64,000 nucleotides of DNA from a virus. The translations under genes and the position numbers were made by a program. The stretch spans positions 1-64,000 of the IMG/VR virus record IMGVR_UViG_3300009149_006183, one strand, 5' to 3'. The notes beneath the pieces are model-generated. The model had not been told where the DNA came from. It did not search any database and saw nothing but the letters and a program-made list of their open reading frames with translations. Below, piece after piece: positions 54,890 through 64,000 of the stretch; the stretch's first letter is position 1; each line of letters opens with the position of its first letter.

Positions 54890-57800
54890 TATAATCCTAT
54901 GCCTTTACTTATTCTTATCGGATCTATACTTCCTATCTTAACTGAATTATAGTTAAATGTCCATAAAATATCGTCTATAAATATCGCGAATTTAATAGCA
55001 GGGACCTCTAGATCTACTTCCGTGAAAGTCGCTCCGTCGTTAGTTGTGTACGATTTTCCCTCAGAAGAAAAAGCAATAAAATCATCATTATGAGCAAGAA
55101 CAAAGTTTATTTTCAGGGCAGAAGATAAACTTATATCATTTAAAATATCGACAAGAGATAATTGAGCATCCCCAGTAGTGAAAGTAGAATTACTATATCT
55201 CAATCCGCTACTTGTCCCTATAGCAATTAGAGATAAGTATTTAGCGAAATTATTAACAAATACGTTGCCAAAATCTCCACCGGCAGACCAACTTAAAGTA
55301 TTTATACTAAAATATATTTTATTATCGTTTATAATGTAATAAATATAATCAATAATAAACATATCAGATATGGAGGTATAATCACTACTAATTAAACTCC
55401 AATTTTCTAAATTATTATTTAATTTGTATAGCCCCGCCTCAGATGCTAATAAAATAATATCCCCATTCGCAAGTAAAGCTAAATTCTTATAACCCATATC
55501 CTTCATCGTCAATTGATTCCATGTTATCAAATCTTCTGACCAAAACACCTTATAGTCAGTTAAGATATATATCTTTCCATCATTAACTTGTATACTGATT
55601 ATATTTTCTATATTATTATAAGAAAATAAATCTATTTTATCTATTTCGAGGGTAGATGGGTCTAGAGTCCATAATCCCTGAGAATAAGACCCTAATAAAA
55701 CTGTGCTATTAAAATAGCCAACACATGTTATATACTGTATCGTTTCTACTTCGTCGCTAGTTAATTCCTCGATATAATCTACTGTAGAATTAAAAGTATC
55801 ATATTCTGTTAGAAAAACTCTATCAGCCCCGACTAGACGGGATAGAGGGCGAGATCCATCGCTATTATTAATGTCGCCGATATTCTCTTGAACAAAAGAA
55901 ATAGAACTAGCCAAATTGGACTGCTGTGTAAGAGCAAGCGATGCTGGAAGTCCAGAGTTTATATTCTCAAAAACAGAGTCTTCTAAATATCCGTGTCCAT
56001 ACTCGCCAAATGATATTAGGCTTGAGGAGATTGTGACGGTAGGGTTGTCATATTTACCTAACGAAGAATTAAAAACGAAAAGGCCATTACTGCCATCTAT
56101 CATTTCAAAATTTATATTTGTCGCCAAAACCTCTGGCAAGCTCGGGACCAAGGTGAATCCCCCATAAAACTCTGAAGACTGGTTTTCTAAAACGCGTAAG
56201 AAACCGAAAATATAATAATTAGAACTATTTATTGTTATAGGACTATAAAACTTTACAGGAGCTATAAATTGTTTACATATTTGATCATAGTTATTCCAAA
56301 TATCTCGGACAACCTTGTCTTTTAAAGGCGTATCTTCTAAACTCAAACTAGCAATATTGCTATTAAAATCTTGTATATATTCGTTTGCTCTAGTTACATT
56401 CGCTATATACTCTGTCATTGTCGGAAAACTAACATCTCCCCAGGCCGATGTTACCTCTGATAGCATTATAGCGTCAATGACAGATGTTAATTCTCCATTA
56501 ACTTTAATATTTATTGAGGCATCGTACTTTTCGTTTATCCATCCGCCATTCAGAGATTTAAATATTTTATATTGATTAGCAACACTGACAGTAGAAACAT
56601 CGGAGACTCTATCGATAAAATAAACCGTATTATTGGGTAAGTCTAAAAAGACATTTATTGACATCTTTTGATTATTAACAAAAATAGTAGGAGCGAAAAA
56701 CCCTTCCGATCCAGTTTCGTCATAGATGGCCCTATTAGAATTCTCGCTAGAGGCCATAAATAATTTACCATCAGTTCCAGAGAATATAGCATTGTTGATT
56801 ATATTTAAAGATGTAATATCATAATTTGATCCGTTTCCGTTAATCCCGACTAGTTTATTACTGAATGTTAAGATATCGTCAGTATATATATCTTCATCTG
56901 GTGTAGAGAAGAGTACACCAGCATTAGATAGTATAACAAGACGATCTACTCCATCATAGTTAAAAATTGCTATTTTATTGACGTAATCTGCATTTATATA
57001 TGCAGATAGTTCGAACTCAACGCTAGATGTTTGAGTTCTATATATCCCACAATTGGAAACGGCAAAGATATAAGACGATTCTTCTATAAAATCATAAATT
57101 GGGCATTGAGCCAAAGTACTATCGATACTGGTCCAGCTTATGGCGTCTATAGAGGAGAATAATCCCAAATCTGTTGATAATATAAATTCGCTGGATGCAG
57201 AATTAAAATATATTCCGTAGCAATTAGAAACGGCAGGAGAAACATAACTAATATTACTAGCAGATATAGTATCTATATCTAAACGATATATGCCACTATC
57301 GGTGGTCAAATATATGTTTATTCCATCATCACATGCCCCCCGAACGGCGTTGGTATTCTCAAGCCCAGAAATTTTAGCCCACGATTGCCCATCAGTGGAA
57401 TAATAAGCAGCATTATTACCTAGAGCTAAATAGCTAGACAGAGAGTTAGATTTGAATAATTTATGGACGACCCCATCTGGTGAATATATTAACGTCCAAC
57501 TCGAACCGGTATCAGAACTTATAAATATACCTTTGCTGGTAGCTGCCAATAATTCGCTAGAATACGCCGTTGTATTAGTAATATCATAAAAAGTTAAACA
57601 GTTTCCAAAATTCTCGCCTGTCGTTTGAAAAGATGAGAAATTATATCCATCTTGCGTTATAAGAGGTATCTGCAATGGAATTAAAGACTCGTCTTTTCTA
57701 TTGTCATGGGCTATGACTGGTAGCTGCTGTCTCAGGAGCTTGCCAGAATCGACCAGGGCAGCATATAATTCGTTTTGTAGCCGGTTCTCCTTAAAAACGC

Positions 57801-60420
57801 CAGATGTCTCCTGTAGGCCGATACACTCTAGAGTTACATCTTGGCTATTAGTCTCAGACTCAAAAACTATTTTTTTATTAGTCGGGCTTACTTCATAGAA
57901 GATGTTCGTGGCTACACTATCAACATAGGCCACAAACGATGTTCCTGAGAAGTCTTGAGTAGTCGTATAGGTTTTATTATCAGATGTTGTCCAATCAGAT
58001 AATATAACATTTTCTATTAAATCTACTCTTTTATCAGAATAAGTATTTAATAGATGATGTTGTTTAGATAGAGCCTCCGACATAAAAGATTGTACTACGT
58101 CTGCTACATCTTTTATGTTTGTTGACAAATCCGTTATATCTAAAACCCCATCCTCGCAGGAAATTTTAGCTAATAAAATAGAATTATCCGGAGTCTCTGT
58201 AGAAGTACTTATTGTTATCTCTGCTTCATTTTTATATTTTCTAACCATATAAAAATATGTATATCCGTCAACGAGTAGGGAATCGGTATCTAAATACTCG
58301 AATACACCATAGCCAACACTTCCTATTTTTTCCCATGAATATTTATTATTGATAGATCTGTATATTTCCCACCCATCAAATGTATCAAGAGCGGCATCCC
58401 ACGATATTAATGTATTAAAATCTCCTATCTGATCTACTGTTAAAGCTGAAACCTCATCAAACCCATTGTCGTGTGGGGTTGCCATAATAAGTTCATAAGT
58501 TATAAACCCATCATCGACGGGATTTAGAGACTCATTCTCATATATATCAACTGTAGTTATAAAATATATATATTTTATATCATTTATTACTGTATGATCA
58601 ACATACGAACTATTAGATTTGTCAATAGTATCTATTAAAGAAAAATCGCTAGAGCTATATGCGGAAGAGTTTTTATATATTGCTCTCCAAACTTTAAAAT
58701 ATTTAGAAGTATTTGGGATAGCGTCTTGCCATCCCAGAAAGACCTCTCTATCGCCATTCAGAGCAAACTGTAATTTTGGAATATCTGGTTTAATGGTAGG
58801 CTCCACACCAGTCGAGTATGTCTCATTTATTTCTTGGCTATATTGATTAGATACAGAGTCATAACATTTTATATATAACTTATATTCAGAATAGAAATCC
58901 AAAGGATTATCTATGATATAGGGCGTATCTGTTCCTATATTTTCATCTGTTGTTATATTCGCAACAATTAAAGTACTTAAATCTGTTTTTGTTACTGTAA
59001 TTATATTATACGAAAAGGCATTTATACTATTTTTCCAGGTAAATAACAAATCTTTATCATTTTTAAGTGTAATATTTATATTAGATGGTGATGCAGGAGA
59101 AATATAACGACTTGTTGTTATATCTTTTATTATGCCTGCATTTATATTTCCAAACTCATCAACAGCCTTAACCTGTATTATATAATATTTATCCGGCAAA
59201 ATTTTTCTATACGCCCCATTAGATATGTAATTTTCTATATCTACAGAAAAAGAGCTAGAGGTCATATTATTAAAAACTTCTATCGGATCTGAGACGAAAT
59301 TAGAGTTTTCTACGACATACACCATAAATTTAGTCGCCACAGGGAAATACGCAGAAATATTCCAAGACCACGACACTCTAAGATTAATGCCAGTAGGATT
59401 GTCAGAGCTTTGAGAATCTATAATTCCCAGATTATAAATCTCATTTGGCCCAGGATTAAGGATAAGGGAGGTAGTGATATACGATCCAGACGAAGCCACA
59501 CCATTATCGCTTATAGTGTATAGGTATACTTTATATATCCTGCCGACAATCAGTTCGCTTATTATTATATTATTATCCGCTGTTGTAAGACTATCAACAA
59601 AATTTTCTGAAGACTGTTCCTCATCAAGATAATATATATTTATAAGATAATGGCTAATATTATTATTTTTAGGAGCAGTCCATGCTAGTTGGATAAAACT
59701 ATCTCCTACAAATTTTATGATATTCTCTGGGTTTTCAGGAGCAGTCAAGTTTAATAATGTCGTGGAGGTTATAACCGCCGATGGAACGCTATTATTCCCA
59801 CTAAGATCGTAAGCGATTACCCTATAATAATATATAGTGTTTTCTTCCAAATCTTCGTCTGTATGGCTGTGGCCTGTTGTCGTGTCTAAATCGCTATATA
59901 TAATTCCATCCGAGCTTCTTTGTATAATATATCCATCCATATCTTCTTCAGTATTAGTATTCCAAGACAAACTTATAGAATTATAGGTAGTGTCTGTTAC
60001 TGCTAATCCAGTTGTAGCATCAGGAGCAATGGTGTCGCTTGCTGTTATACTTCCCAGAGAAAAACCGCTAAAAGGATAAGTGAAATCATCTTTTCTTGTC
60101 ATATAAATATACGAAGGAAACTCTGATATTGTTGAAAGATCTATTGTCCCAAAAGTTCTAGTGTATTTTCTGTTTATAAGGCCAGATCCCTCAATGGCTC
60201 GAATGCCGGTTCCACTGCATGAGGCAACCGGATAGATAGATGGAGATCCAGATCCTTGATCGATAATAGTCCACCCATCGATAACCCCATCACCAATTAG
60301 ATCGGATATAAATGCTAATTGGGTATCTATTATTCTAAAACGTCGCTGGTCGGCAAACGCAGAATAAGGCTCTCCATAAATGAATGCGGTTAAACCATAG
60401 TTTTTAGTTATTACTGACAT
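54889..60420 (-). CDS. Large tail fibre/spike-like protein with FN3 array and Asp-box (BNR) propellers
   Basis: SISLSW..GYIIQRS..YYYRVIAYD..GN.S (FN3); SSDTGSSW, STDGQSW, SIDAISW, SEDLITW, TNDGATF. Confidence 0.75.
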   Translation of the reverse strand: MSVITKNYGLTAFIYGEPYSAFADQRRFRIIDTQLAFISDLIGDGVIDGWTIIDQGSGSPSIYPVASCSGTGIRAIEGSGLINRKYTRTFGTIDLSTISEFPSYIYMTRKDDFTYPFSGFSLGSITASDTIAPDATTGLAVTDTTYNSISLSWNTNTEEDMDGYIIQRSSDGIIYSDLDTTTGHSHTDEDLEENTIYYYRVIAYDLSGNNSVPSAVITSTTLLNLTAPENPENIIKFVGDSFIQLAWTAPKNNNISHYLINIYYLDEEQSSENFVDSLTTADNNIIISELIVGRIYKVYLYTISDNGVASSGSYITTSLILNPGPNEIYNLGIIDSQSSDNPTGINLRVSWSWNISAYFPVATKFMVYVVENSNFVSDPIEVFNNMTSSSFSVDIENYISNGAYRKILPDKYYIIQVKAVDEFGNINAGIIKDITTSRYISPASPSNINITLKNDKDLLFTWKNSINAFSYNIITVTKTDLSTLIVANITTDENIGTDTPYIIDNPLDFYSEYKLYIKCYDSVSNQYSQEINETYSTGVEPTIKPDIPKLQFALNGDREVFLGWQDAIPNTSKYFKVWRAIYKNSSAYSSSDFSLIDTIDKSNSSYVDHTVINDIKYIYFITTVDIYENESLNPVDDGFITYELIMATPHDNGFDEVSALTVDQIGDFNTLISWDAALDTFDGWEIYRSINNKYSWEKIGSVGYGVFEYLDTDSLLVDGYTYFYMVRKYKNEAEITISTSTETPDNSILLAKISCEDGVLDITDLSTNIKDVADVVQSFMSEALSKQHHLLNTYSDKRVDLIENVILSDWTTSDNKTYTTTQDFSGTSFVAYVDSVATNIFYEVSPTNKKIVFESETNSQDVTLECIGLQETSGVFKENRLQNELYAALVDSGKLLRQQLPVIAHDNRKDESLIPLQIPLITQDGYNFSSFQTTGENFGNCLTFYDITNTTAYSSELLAATSKGIFISSDTGSSWTLIYSPDGVVHKLFKSNSLSSYLALGNNAAYYSTDGQSWAKISGLENTNAVRGACDDGINIYLTTDSGIYRLDIDTISASNISYVSPAVSNCYGIYFNSASSEFILSTDLGLFSSIDAISWTSIDSTLAQCPIYDFIEESSYIFAVSNCGIYRTQTSSVEFELSAYINADYVNKIAIFNYDGVDRLVILSNAGVLFSTPDEDIYTDDILTFSNKLVGINGNGSNYDITSLNIINNAIFSGTDGKLFMASSENSNRAIYDETGSEGFFAPTIFVNNQKMSINVFLDLPNNTVYFIDRVSDVSTVSVANQYKIFKSLNGGWINEKYDASINIKVNGELTSVIDAIMLSEVTSAWGDVSFPTMTEYIANVTRANEYIQDFNSNIASLSLEDTPLKDKVVRDIWNNYDQICKQFIAPVKFYSPITINSSNYYIFGFLRVLENQSSEFYGGFTLVPSLPEVLATNINFEMIDGSNGLFVFNSSLGKYDNPTVTISSSLISFGEYGHGYLEDSVFENINSGLPASLALTQQSNLASSISFVQENIGDINNSDGSRPLSRLVGADRVFLTEYDTFNSTVDYIEELTSDEVETIQYITCVGYFNSTVLLGSYSQGLWTLDPSTLEIDKIDLFSYNNIENIISIQVNDGKIYILTDYKVFWSEDLITWNQLTMKDMGYKNLALLANGDIILLASEAGLYKLNNNLENWSLISSDYTSISDMFIIDYIYYIINDNKIYFSINTLSWSAGGDFGNVFVNNFAKYLSLIAIGTSSGLRYSNSTFTTGDAQLSLVDILNDISLSSALKINFVLAHNDDFIAFSSEGKSYTTNDGATFTEVDLEVPAIKFAIFIDDILWTFNYNSVKIGSIDPIRISKGIGL

Positions 60421-60431
60421 ATTTTATATCT

Positions 60432-62054
60432 TTATAAGTTGATGCGGACTTTACTGTTATTTACAAGACTAAATATTAGACCGAAATTTGATACTTGCGG
60501 CAAACTACTGTAAGGGTCAGGGTTGCTTGTTCCCTGGGACGTAAAAAATGTATATCCAGAAGCTTCTGAACCCCAAGAACTGCCATCCCAGGCGTCTAAA
60601 ATAAGATAATATACTTGATCAGGAACAAATAGGCTTAGGTCTGGGTAGTAAGATACTGTCTCAGATTCGTCAGCGGTAAATAAATACCCCTCTGGCGGAA
60701 TAGAGATATCTGTGCCTAAAATCCATCCCTCTTGATTAGTTCGGCTATCTGCCTCATAAAACTTATTTACGAAACCCGCGTCAGTATACCACCTAGCCCT
60801 GAAATGAAAATTAAGAGAACTCAAAGAATCATTAACAAAGATAAATTCTATAACATCTTCAAAATTAGTATCACTAGCTCCGATAGGCGAACTATATATA
60901 AATTTGATTCCAACGCGCAAATCTGTTCCAATATAATCTATATCAGAAAGAGTTTCCTCATCTATCACTTGATAATCACTAAAATCTACAGAGCCTGTTG
61001 TGTTTATCCCGAATGTCACGCTTGAACCTTCAGGGACGAATTTATTACTAGTTAATATAGTGTTTTTTATTTCCGAAGTAAGTTCTATATTCTGTGTAAA
61101 GAAATAGGTTGTTCCTCCACCAGAAGGTAGCCCAACAATCCTGTTGTCGGTGGTGTCGATAAAAGCTGTGCTATTTACGCTATCACTTAGACTATCAGGA
61201 GAAATGCCTGGCATTATTATAAACTCATTACTAAAAAACTGGTCTATATTATTATAGGTATTTTTGAGGAAAATAGTGCTTTGTAATAGATTTACAGATG
61301 TAACCTCTCCCATTAAATTCTTATAAACTATATTATTAGAGTCGTTAAAGTCTATGATAGCATCCGCCAAAGAATCTAATTCAGAGTGAGTCATTACTCC
61401 TTTTTCTGATAGGCTACTATGGGCAATAACAGGAGACCTATCTTGATCAAATCGACCAGTAGTTATCTTTAGGGCATCGAATCCCTCTATTCTGGCACTT
61501 GATAATTCATTTTTTGTCTCCGACAGAAGATCTACTTTTGGAGGTGTTCCCCTATGTTTGTGAGAATCTATTAAATCTGTAGCTATTTGCTCAAAACTTA
61601 TATATTCTCTAACAGTATTGTCGATAGATACTATACCATTAGTAGATGTTGTTATCTGTGCTATTAGAATAGAAGACGGAGGGCGTGAGGTGTCTAGGAC
61701 AAAAACAACAGATCTTGTTACAGCAGTTGCTCCCGTAAGAGTAGCATAAACATTAAAAGTTTGCGAAGCGGTGATATTTTCGATTAAATATGTTATAGTT
61801 GTTTGAGCAGATATGTAATTTATTATCCCCTGCCCAATAGTAATTCCTATAGATATTCCGCCAGCCTCTGTAAAACCATTATCAAAAACCTCCCAGCCCG
61901 CGACCATTCCGTTTTCAAAGACAGAATATAATCCATATAATTGATTGTCTATCGTTAGAAAACGGTCTATTTCTTTACTAACATTAATAGCATAGTCTAA
62001 CCTATCATGAAAATCAAAGTATGCTAAATTATACCAGGGCGTTTGTCCTGCCAT
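60432..62054 (-). CDS. Tail fibre-like virion protein, paralogous to the N-terminal part of 54889..60420
   Basis: Shared RFxxIDxQL..G.V.GW, SILxAxI, HxH..xVDL and G......PVIAH segments. Confidence 0.65.
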   Translation of the reverse strand: MAGQTPWYNLAYFDFHDRLDYAINVSKEIDRFLTIDNQLYGLYSVFENGMVAGWEVFDNGFTEAGGISIGITIGQGIINYISAQTTITYLIENITASQTFNVYATLTGATAVTRSVVFVLDTSRPPSSILIAQITTSTNGIVSIDNTVREYISFEQIATDLIDSHKHRGTPPKVDLLSETKNELSSARIEGFDALKITTGRFDQDRSPVIAHSSLSEKGVMTHSELDSLADAIIDFNDSNNIVYKNLMGEVTSVNLLQSTIFLKNTYNNIDQFFSNEFIIMPGISPDSLSDSVNSTAFIDTTDNRIVGLPSGGGTTYFFTQNIELTSEIKNTILTSNKFVPEGSSVTFGINTTGSVDFSDYQVIDEETLSDIDYIGTDLRVGIKFIYSSPIGASDTNFEDVIEFIFVNDSLSSLNFHFRARWYTDAGFVNKFYEADSRTNQEGWILGTDISIPPEGYLFTADESETVSYYPDLSLFVPDQVYYLILDAWDGSSWGSEASGYTFFTSQGTSNPDPYSSLPQVSNFGLIFSLVNNSKVRINL

Positions 62055-62070
62055 TGTAAGTCCTCTCTAT

Positions 62071-62286
62071 TTACCCACTAACTATTGGAGAATTATAACT
62101 GCCAATAGTATAATCGGAATCTTCACGATTAGAATACCTTAAAAATTGCTGTGCTCCTAATGCCCTATAACCATTAATCGTTGTATTTTGGACATTGGCT
62201 ATTTCATTATTTTTAGCCATATTGGCTGAGATCCTTCTTTCGACATAATCTCTCAATCTCTCTACAAAAACATCAAAATCTTCCAT
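62071..62286 (-). CDS. Small hypothetical virion-module protein
   Basis: 71-aa ORF with AAGGA SD. Confidence 0.6.
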   Translation of the reverse strand: MEDFDVFVERLRDYVERRISANMAKNNEIANVQNTTINGYRALGAQQFLRYSNREDSDYTIGSYNSPIVSG

Positions 62287-62363
62287 AGTTATTTTCCTTA
62301 ATTATTAATATTGGTCTATTCTTCGCCAAAATCCTCTTCCGATCCATACCATTCGCCCTCAAC

Positions 62364-64000
62364 CTATTGCCACCATAAATTCTTTTTCGGATCGAAGTTG
62401 TTTGAAACACTAGTTACGATGAGTTTCTGACCATTAACAGATACTACATCAAAACATCTCATTGGCAACCCATAACTTGAAAACTTATATACTGTTGGGG
62501 CGTTAAAAAATTTACTTTTATAGTGTGTCGCTAGCTTCTCTAGAGTATTTAATGATCCAAATATACCATCTTGTTGCATAAACATTTTTTTATAGCCCAA
62601 GAAACCAGGTGAATTTTTGTCATATAGTGACGGCCAATTAACATCGTCTAAGATGAATAGCTCCCTATCTGGTGTCGCTGTCATTAAGTGTATAATATTA
62701 AAGATATCAACAACAGATCTTTCTCTCGTTATTGCATCGAATACCATCTGTCCCTCACCGGTATTGAGCGTTGTATACTCCCATAGTGGCTCGACTTCTG
62801 ACTCGTCTGCCGAGCCATATAAGAATTTATCATATGGCAAGTTTTCGAAATGGAACATTCCATATGAATCAAAAAACATTGTTTTTCCGGCTTTTTTACA
62901 TATAGATTCAAGAGCCGACCAATAAGTAGTCCCATCTTGAAATTTAAAAAATGGATTCGTCAATCTGGCATATGAACTAGGAAGGACATATGCACTTGAA
63001 AAGCTTCCTCGACCATCGAGAGTTGTAGACTGAAAAAGTGGTCCATCATTAGCCGATTGTAAAGCACTAAGATATGCAGGGCCGTAGTCATTATCCTTTA
63101 CTTTATCTTTAAAACCGAGCATCTTCAGTAATGTATAAGCCGCATTAATATCTCTCATACCATCAAAAAATGGAGAGTTGAAGATATACGATTCTTTTAA
63201 TATCTGGCTATAATCAACTACTTGGCATGTTAGCGTTCTTTCTCCCGCTTTTTCTTCTAAAACTCCCCCATAGCATATTCCAGTAAATAATTTATAGCCC
63301 TTATTTATCTCTAATTGAGAGTAGTTGCATGTCACATAACCGCCCCAAATTTCGACATAAAAAGCTCTATTTCTTAAACTTTCTAATTGATCTACTATAG
63401 TGTTCTGAGTAGCCATACTTTTATTCATCAAAAATGTTAAAGTCGCAGCATGCGTCATAGAATGAAAATCTGATGAGCTGTAATTTTCGGTATATTTTAG
63501 TACTAAATCAGTAACGTCTATTGGATCGCTAATTCCCCAGGCTTCTGCCTCAGGGTCAGGTTCTGCGACTAATCTTATTTGCGAGATAACTGGCGTCTTG
63601 CAATTAGCCAATATCACTTGGCTCTGAGTTCCTTGATTCGCCGTATTATATGCATCGCTTAAAACGTCCTGTACAGCGTCTGGATTTGTAAATATATTAT
63701 CAAAACCATTATCCTGCCCTATATAGTGAGACCCAGCCTGCAAAGACGCTCTCAAATCGAAGCTAAACATCTCGTTATTTTGGCGGTTTATTACAGAAAA
63801 AGCGTCAAGATCTATAACACAGTTTTGAGCAACCTTGTCAAGTCCAGGCTCGAAATTTATATATCCACTAGCAGTTTCTTTTAAATACTGTTTAGTAGTC
63901 GAGAAAAATGTTGTAGATAACTTTGTTTTTTCAGCAACGACTGTAGTGTCTGAGACTGTAAAAATAACCCCATTTCCGAAGTGAGTGTCTGAAGAATAAA
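62364..64000 (-). CDS. Baseplate hub / tail-tip-like protein, 5' partial
   Basis: Frame is open from the window edge; KLFTG, VDYSQIL, W.AL..I....G..MFFD.YG.FHF and DVVSVNG...VTSVS patterns resemble hub proteins. Confidence 0.55.
   Translation of the reverse strand, partial: YSSDTHFGNGVIFTVSDTTVVAEKTKLSTTFFSTTKQYLKETASGYINFEPGLDKVAQNCVIDLDAFSVINRQNNEMFSFDLRASLQAGSHYIGQDNGFDNIFTNPDAVQDVLSDAYNTANQGTQSQVILANCKTPVISQIRLVAEPDPEAEAWGISDPIDVTDLVLKYTENYSSSDFHSMTHAATLTFLMNKSMATQNTIVDQLESLRNRAFYVEIWGGYVTCNYSQLEINKGYKLFTGICYGGVLEEKAGERTLTCQVVDYSQILKESYIFNSPFFDGMRDINAAYTLLKMLGFKDKVKDNDYGPAYLSALQSANDGPLFQSTTLDGRGSFSSAYVLPSSYARLTNPFFKFQDGTTYWSALESICKKAGKTMFFDSYGMFHFENLPYDKFLYGSADESEVEPLWEYTTLNTGEGQMVFDAITRERSVVDIFNIIHLMTATPDRELFILDDVNWPSLYDKNSPGFLGYKKMFMQQDGIFGSLNTLEKLATHYKSKFFNAPTVYKFSSYGLPMRCFDVVSVNGQKLIVTSVSNNFDPKKNLWWQ

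Noticed and set aside
54889-57700. Sialidase call for the Asp-box propellers
   Set aside because: Asp-boxes are present but no FRIP motif or Arg triad could be identified.
1199-62935. Plus-strand ORFs in the track other than neuB (e.g. 14448..14978, 33362..33901, 26855..27259) and short nested minus ORFs (24279, 48771, 62729)
   Set aside because: Shadows of well-supported genes, with Ser/Leu/Phe-rich composition and no motifs, unlike the nested ORF at 37862..38827.
1-64000. Genome-wide TAG-to-Gln recoding (code 15)
   Set aside because: ORFs of 1,843 and 2,492 aa contain no internal TAG; about ten genes end in TAG, and read-through at 19017 or 3864 would give implausible overlaps or fusions. 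Only the local case at 62364 is kept.
1-64000. tRNA, rRNA, IS elements or integrase
   Set aside because: No gap with a cloverleaf or rRNA signature and no transposase or integrase motifs seen by eye.

Overview
An AT-rich, very densely packed window in which every credible gene but one (neuB, 6934..7788) lies on the minus strand. The content is that of a large (jumbo/huge) tailed phage, with no ribosomal or housekeeping operons. Right to left in transcription order: (i) 45-64 kb, very large virion/tail proteins (hub-like protein, paralogous fibre proteins, FN3, Asp-box propellers, LamG, Kelch, vWA, dockerin-like); (ii) 42.9-44.9 kb, two glycosyltransferases; (iii) 10-42 kb, a bacterial-style replication/recombination block (SF2 helicase, two DNA methyltransferases, IF3, Ycf46-type AAA ATPase, DnaC-like loader, DnaB, DnaG in two pieces, DnaE in two pieces flanking a clpP, gp32-like SSB, RecA, Cas4-like nuclease, SpoVS, UvrD); (iv) 0-10 kb, a nonulosonic (sialic-acid-like) sugar synthesis and transfer locus with peptide deformylase and a radical SAM enzyme. 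Three inteins are present. The standout is the SF2-helicase intein: its LAGLIDADG endonuclease is not in the intein frame but is a fully overlapping ORF in another frame, with both frames open for about 320 codons. Also notable: three consecutive virion proteins built by inserting large domain arrays inside a single domain, a polymerase split through its palm region, a probable ATC-initiated gene together with a divergent phage IF3, and a KDN/Neu5Ac-type pathway with two synthases and two Maf-like transferases. All product calls come from motif recognition by eye; no database search was run.
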